DNA from: Lama glama
Taxonomy: Eukaryota
Assembly: GCA_028534125.1 (NCBI GenBank)
Contig: CM052824.1
Location: 60,140,001 to 60,204,000 of the forward strand
Direction: 5' to 3'
Length of the DNA stretch: 64,000 nt
Part shown: positions 57,860 to 64,000 of the stretch, piece after piece
Layout: each line of letters opens with the position of its first letter
How positions within the stretch are numbered: the stretch's first letter is position 1
Notes under the pieces: model-generated
The model's database searches: none
Told to the model about the DNA's origin: nothing
What the model saw: the letters and a program-made list of their open reading frames with translations, nothing else
Translations under genes and position numbers: made by a program

Positions 57860-58745
57860 AAGCTGGAAAGGCAAACTCCAAACGCTGGCAAGAGCGTGGC
57901 CAGCCAGCACCCCCGTGCAGGGTTGGTGGGTGTTCTGGGCACAGATCTGGCAGTTTCTTACACGTCTACATACCCACCTACCCCATGACCCAGAGGCCCC
58001 CCTTCAGGGTGTTTACCCAAGAGAAATAAAGACACATCCACAAAATGACTTGTCCAATAACGTTCATAGCAATTTTATTCACAATATCAAAAACCAGAAC
58101 TATCCCGTATGCCCATCAGTGGGAGGAAGGCGGAGCAAACCGTGAGGCCTGCCTGCAGCGGAGTCCTTGCAGCGCTGAATTCAGACAGCCCACCCACCCA
58201 AAGCCTTCGTGTCGAGTGAAAGAAGCCAGACACGAAGGGGCACCTGCTGCGAAACTCAGTTCACGTGAAGTCCTGGAGCAAGGCAAGCGAATCAAGGTGA
58301 GAAAGATCAGAGCTCTGGGAGGGAGCTCCCTGGCGTGGCCCTTCTGCGTCTCCACTGGGTCTGGGTCTCCTGGGTGCGTGTATTTGGCCAAGTCATTGTA
58401 TGTAAATTTTGCTACAAAAGAAACGACAAGGACCTTGCAGAAACATTGAAGTCTAGTTAATTGTAGACCTGCTGAAGTGTTTAAGGGAAAATGGGCTAAA
58501 GTTTGTCACTTACCTTGAAATACATCAAAAAATAAGTAAAATGGATGACTGGCGCGACAGAAGGATGGATGAGCGACAGACATGTGATACGGGATGTTTA
58601 GCAAAAGATTAGTGTAAATGGTGTAAAATATTAGTATATTAGTTTTGGATTCATCTAAATGCCGGGTGTACAGGTGTTCACTGTAAAATTCAGCCTTTTT
58701 GAATTGTTTGAAATGTTTGAAAAGTTTCATAATGAAATGTTGGGA
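57860..58745 (+). mobile_element. L1ME1/2-type 3' end nested within an older L1
   Basis: CTGGCAGTTTCTTA, TTTACCCAAGAGAAATAAAGACA, GTTCATAGCAATTTTATTCACAATA, GCTGAAGTGTTTAAGGG, GGTGTTCACTGTAAAATTC...TTTCATAATGAAATGTTGGG. Confidence 0.8.
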
Positions 58746-58746
58746 A

Positions 58747-60750
58747 AGAGTCATCATGATCAAGTATGGTTTGTCCCGGGAAGGCAAAGATGCTTTAGAC
58801 TCAGAAGATCGATCAGTTTGCACTAATGGACTAAGGGAAAAATTAGCAGGTGCAGAAAGAGCGTTTAGTAAAGCTTGAGCGCCTCCTGTCTTTCTAAAAG
58901 GCTCTCAGAAGCCTGGAAATGAAGAGCAGCTTTCCTGAGCTGATGAAACTGGTCCTCAAAGAACCCAGGGCCGGTTTCTCCCGTTGTGGGGTTTGGAAGC
59001 ATCCTCTGTGCCGTCAGGTCCTACACGAGCTCCCGGCCACCACCGTTCAGTGGAGCTGACCCGTCCGACTGCCTCAGTCAGGCACAAACAAGAAATAAGG
59101 CATCGAAAGAAAGAAAGAAAGAAGAAAGCAAGAGGCAGGCAGGCATCTAAGAGTTGAAAGGAAAGAATTAACCTGTTGTTATTTGTGGAATGAAAATAAA
59201 ATAAGAACAACGTAAGAATAAAAAGAGAAAGAGCGGTCGTCTGCGTACGGCCATCTGTGTAAAAAGCCTAAATCGCAAAGACAAAGAACGTCCACAGCAA
59301 GCAAACAAGAAGAAGGTTCCACGAGACTCCGCATGAAAGAGCAGCTTGCGCAGGTCTGAGCAGCCCCTGACAGCCAGGCAAGTAACAAAGCGTCAGATGC
59401 CGTTCAGGCTGGCGCCTAGGAAGTGGCCTAACGGGGCCCGCACGGCTTCTCAGGAAGAGCCTGACCCCAGCGTGCGGGCGCAGGGCGGGAGCCGGGGGTG
59501 GGGGGCGAGGCGGCGCGTGCGCACGGACGGCCCGGCCTGGTGAAGGCGGCCGCTGTCTGTTTCGTCTTCGGAGTCGATTCAGCTGCGACCCACACCTCAC
59601 CAGTGCGTTCGGAGGATCTGGTCAACTTATTCTGGTGCCGACACGGCTGGAAATAGCTAAGATTTTCGGAAAGGAGAGCAAGGCTGGGTGCTCCTGCTGG
59701 GAAACACTAGACCTCTGCAAAACTACAGGAGTAAAGCAAAAACCAGCAAGCAAGCAAAGTCCCAAAAAACAAAAGCCAGATCGCCGTGTGAGCCTGTGGT
59801 GGGGAACCGAGCTCAGGAGGAGGCCCAGGCGACCGTGGCTCCGCCTCCAGAGAACGGAGGGACAGCGGCGTGGACGCGCCTCGGAGAGACTCGCTGCGCG
59901 GAAAAGCCAGCCCGCCGTGCACGTCAGGCAGATCAGGCCCCAGGTGTCAAAGATAAGCCACCGCAGTTCTCTTAATGGAAGGAAATATGGGTAATATCTT
60001 TGTCATCTGGGGGCGGTGAAGAACTTCTTAAATTAGACCTGACATCTTTCCCTGGAGCTGGAAATGAAAGGATTTGGCTCCGTCGGAATGGAAGATTTAA
60101 ACAGATACAAAAATCCAGAAACAGATAAAGCCACCTGCCCGGCAAAGAACATGGGGAAAGTTCCCAAAGAGGAGAAGCTGCGCGCCACACGCAGCTGAAA
60201 CTGCTAAGTGATCGACTCAGGATAGAAAGGACACGCTGCCGCTGAAAAACTTCGGAGGAGGCGGAGCTTTACTGGCCAACACATACACGGCGGGCTTTCA
60301 AACTCAATCGTAATCAGACAAGTGCAGGTTTTAAAGAAGATGTTCCATCTCACGCCTGACCAATTGGCAGAAATTTGAAAATCAAATAAAGCCCCGTGTG
60401 GGTGAGAGTGTGGGGATGGGGACCCTCGTCCTACAGCAGCAGGGCTGGGAGGACACGCTGGGCGATCCGAGCGGGATCGGACAGCGCTTGTGAAACCGCC
60501 AGGCGCCTGCTCTGTTACCCAGTATCACCCGCTCCACCCACCTGCCCCCAGGCCAGCAGGGTGCCACGGGGCGCCCGCCCCAGGTGGACCCCGGATGCCT
60601 GCTCGGAGGGAGGGGTGGGGGCAAGAGCCGCAGAACAGCCAGAGACAATGGCCTGCGAGTCGGGGCTGCCCGGTCTTCAGAAGCGGGCAGCTGACTGAGA
60701 AGTACACGGGGCCGGCTGAGACTATCGGCCCAGGAGCAAAAGATGCCCAC
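58747..60750 (+). mobile_element. Ancient L1 ORF2 (RT domain to 3' UTR), heavily diverged and GC-shifted
   Basis: CATCATGATCAAGTATGGTTTGTCCCGGGAAGGCAAAGATG (HHDQVGFIPGMQ-like), GGTGCAGAAAGAGCGTTTAG (DAEKAFD-like), AGGCACAAACAAGAAATAAGG, CATCTCACGCCTGACCAATTGGCA. Confidence 0.75.
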
Positions 60751-60752
60751 GG

Positions 60753-60820
60753 CACACACACAGCACACACACACACCACGCACAACACACACAGAACGCA
60801 CACAGAACACACACACACAC
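60753..60820. repeat. Degenerate (CA)n repeat
   Basis: Interrupted CACA runs. Confidence 0.85.
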
Positions 60821-61639
60821 CCCCACCCCACGCACCGCGCAGAGCCCGGACGGCAGCCCCGCCCCCGCCCCCAGGCTGGGCTCTGGGGCACCCAGGGCTG
60901 GGGCAGGGCACTGGCCGCCGCAGAGGCGCCCCCTCCAGGCTGACAGATCTCAGCGGCAGGTGAGATACCAAAGGGACCAGCGGGCCTTGGGGCCTCTAGT
61001 CAGGCGCCAGCTTGGTCACAGACCGCAAGAAGACGCCCCCTCCGGCCCTTCCCGCAGCGTCCCTGGGCCCCCGGGCCCTGGCTCCTGACCGCCCACCGCC
61101 TGACTTTCCGAGGCTCCAAGATGGGGCGGGCGAGGGGCAGCAGCCCTGGACCAGGACATCCCCACTGCCCGACAGGGCTAACTTGGGCTCAGCTCGGCCC
61201 TCACGGGGGCGATGGCGCCAGGTACAAAAGGGCCCAAGACCCCGCCACTGGCAGTGACGCGGGCTTCCGCCTCACCTTCGCCCACCGGGCCCCTCAGCTG
61301 CTTTCCTGCAAGTTCTAGGTCTTCTGCGCTTCACAGATGAGGCAGCGGAGCTGCAGGGGGGCCAGAAGACCTTCCCGTGGCCTTGGCGCCGGGAGGGGCT
61401 GGACCTGAGGCTGCCTGGCTGCCCCTGCACCCAGTTCTCAGCTGCTGCTCCAGCCGCCGGGCAGAGAGCAGAGCGGGGACGAGGGAGATAGCGAGGAAAC
61501 TCGGGGGGCTCAGGGCCGGGCCGTCGGAGGACGCGGGGAGGCCAGAGCCCCTGACCCACAGCCCGAGGTACCGGTGTCTGGGCTCCGACCCCGGGCTGGG
61601 CCGTGGGGCTGAGGGGTAACCAGGAGAGGCTCCGGGCTG

Positions 61640-61830
61640 CTCCGTGCTCCCTCTGCCTCCGGCCCTTTGCATGTGCTCTCTCGTCCCCCTTTCAAGTCGT
61701 CACCTCGTTTTCCTCCTTCTACGCTCAGCTCAGCCGTCCCTGCCTTAGGATGTCTCCTCAGAGGCCGCTCCCTCCGGGGCAGACTAAAGCAGCGTCTTTC
61801 TGAGGGCAAACCGTGGCTCTGAGACGAACA
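61640..61830 (+). mobile_element. L2 fragment
   Basis: GGCCCTTTGCATGTGCT...TCCTTCTACGCTCAGCTCA...TCTCCTCAGAGGCCGCTCCCT...TGAGGGCA. Confidence 0.55.
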
Positions 61831-63698
61831 CAAATGTGCGTCCGTGGTTTTACTTAGTTCATTGATTCTGAGGGAACCAGTAGCTCTAAGAACAGGTTCG
61901 AGGGACAGTCCCACAGCCACAGGCCCCCCATGCAGGGGCGCCGGCCCCCCGGGAGGCTGAGGCATTACCTCTGCCCCTGCTGGCTGCAGGGCCCAACCGG
62001 GCTGCCCAGGCGGGCGCTGCCCCAAGTCCAGTGTCTTTGCGATGAAACCTCAGGGAGCTCCCAGGTGCAGCCAGCGGCCACCCCCACAGGCGTCCAGCAG
62101 TACACACCCCCAGCCCCCGCGCCGGCAGCTATCAGCAGCCTCCGTGTGATTTCCAGTTGTCCCCCGCACTTCTGCCTCCTGGGCGTTGTCGAAGTGCCCA
62201 AAGCACGTTCTGGCGCTCAGACGCTTCTGTGTTGGGAACACACGTCCAACCCTCACAGCTCATCAGGCAGGCGAGAATCCCACTGCCCTTCCCGGGCCCA
62301 GCTCTGCTTCCAGGGGCGGATCAGCTCCCTGCTCCCCACCCCGCCCCGCCCCCCCCCCGGAGGGATCTGTGTGGGAGCCGGTCTGTGCCCGGAGATGGGA
62401 CCCTCAACCAGAGACCAGCCCTGGAAGGGACCCCTCAGCTCTGTCCCGTGAAAAGGCCTCTGTCCTCCAGCCAAAGGCTTGCAGCGGGAGGTTTCCTCAT
62501 GCCCAGGACAGAGAGAAGCAGCTGAAGTAGAAGTGATTGTGCAATCCTCGCGGAAAGAGTGATTTTGGTTCCATGTAATCCCCAGCAGAAATGCTGGAGT
62601 CATTTCAGACCCTGTCCGTACACGAGTTTCAGTTGGTGACGGGCAGCTGGACGGGGTCAGGAGCATGAGGGTCCACGCGACGGCAGAGCAAATGAAGTCC
62701 CGGGGTCCTTCCACCGAGTCGGGCTGAGGGAATTTCCCACAGACATATGTGGCTTCTGGAAAGGAGGCCCTCGATTCCTCCTGGGCAGTCCAAGCCAAGA
62801 TGCAAAGTCCAGCTCCATGGCAGCGGCTCACCACACCCTCCCCCACCCTCCCCCCACCCCACCCCGCTAGTCACCGCAGGCAGGCCCTGCTGGAGAGGAT
62901 GCCCTGTGAAGAGACAAAGGGGGCGGGGCTGGGGACACTGCTCTTCCAGACTTTTGGGGTCAGGGGCAACATTTACCCTCAGGCTCAGTCCCAACACCCA
63001 GGATGAGCAGAGACCTCTTTCTCCAAGCACCTCTCTCCTGGAAACTTCAGATTTAAGGAAAACCAAGCAGGGGCCATGCTTACGGTTCCCAACGTATCCT
63101 CCCGGCTGGGACCGCGGGGGCTGCTTCCCCGGGGGCGAGCCCGAGCTCCTGAGTGGAGAAGCCCCCCCAGGCGCCCCTGCAGCCCCATGGCCCCCTGCCC
63201 TCAAAGCGGGCCATTGCCTGCGGAACGAGCACCTGGTCCTCCTTTCCGAGCATCTCGTGCCCCGGCCTGAGTCGGCGCCCCCTTCCCACACCCTCTGCTC
63301 CCAGAGCCACCAGACCTGGCGGAGAATCTGGGTGGGAACCATGCACGGTCGGGCCTGGAGGCTACTTCCTGTTACTCTTCCATGACAGCCCACTCTGGGG
63401 GCTCCTGCCGCCCTGGGCACCCGAGACCTGCTGGAGGACCCACGTGGCACCCTCGGGGCCAGACAGGGGCAGGCGTGTGTGCACGTGCTCGGAGGGCCCC
63501 ACCTGCCACCAGCCATCTCTGGGCTTGTCCAGGAAACCAGCCTCTGCAGGATGGTTCAGGCCGCGGAGCCCATGTTTTCACTGTCTCTGGCTGGTCACGT
63601 GCATCCTCTCTGCAAACCTCTGGCACTTCATTTGCTCAGCGAGGAACAGCCGTCACGGGGCCGGGTGGAGGCTGATTGTTACTATGGGGCCTCACTCA

Positions 63699-63931
63699 GT
63701 GTGTGTGCACCTGTGTGTGTGCATACATGTGTGAGTGTGTGTGTCTGCGTGTTTGCAGGGGCACATGTGTGCACGTGTACACATATAGGTGTTTCTGCAT
63801 GTGGGAAGCACACTGCTTGCACGTGTGTCTGTGCTTCTGTGTGCATGCACACACGTGTCTCTGCATGTGTGCACAAGCATGTGCACGTGTGTCCACACGC
63901 ATGTACATGTGTGGGTATATGTGTGTGTGTA
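63699..63931. repeat. Degenerate (TG/CA)n alternating purine-pyrimidine tract
   Basis: ~230 bp of TGTG/TGCA/CACA/CATG units. Confidence 0.9.
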
Positions 63932-64000
63932 CCCCAGCCTGCACCGCACGTCTGCACACACCCAGAGGACCCCCAAGATGCAGGAGGCTGACCGGGGAGA

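Noticed and set aside
62728-62737. Perfect NF-kB consensus GGGAATTTCC
   Set aside because: An isolated 10-mer without supporting context; plausible by chance in 64 kb.
46700-64000. Expected upstream neighbour ACTRT2 or any other coding gene
   Set aside because: No actin-related peptide appears in the ORF track; if synteny holds it lies beyond the right edge of the window.

Overview
This is GC-rich mammalian genomic DNA, most likely camelid (camel, alpaca or llama), judged from three tRNA-derived Vic-1-type SINEs. It has six assembly gaps and no recognisable intact protein-coding exon; the many ORFs are GC-content or simple-repeat artefacts. The window is centred on a ~3.8 kb CpG-island promoter (35.1-38.9 kb) flanked by satellite CpG islands at ~32-33.5 kb and ~42-42.7 kb. 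From recalled sequence and island layout I identify it, with moderate confidence and no BLAST check, as the 5' end of PRDM16 on the minus strand. Exon 1 would be hidden in the 36,992-37,315 N-gap, and positions 1-36,991 would be the start of the very large intron 1. That stretch carries a series of AT-rich, motif-dense enhancer-like islands and few transposons. A divergent + strand lncRNA (PRDM16-DT/LINC00982-like) can be modelled from splice and polyA signals between ~38 and ~46.6 kb. Beyond ~46.9 kb the DNA is a dense mosaic of L1, HAL1, L2, MaLR and SINE relics. I found no convincing wholly new biological system. The best leads are: (i) a miR-28/151/708-like hairpin made from two inverted L2 ends inside the putative lncRNA; (ii) ancient L1/LTR relics rewritten into CpG-rich sequence, consistent with local GC-biased gene conversion; (iii) a synonymous-looking echo of the PRDM16 exon-1 end (RKLAKS) overlapping an IRF-like repeat and hairpin in intron 1; (iv) several homeodomain, HOX-TALE and SMAD-SOX motif clusters.
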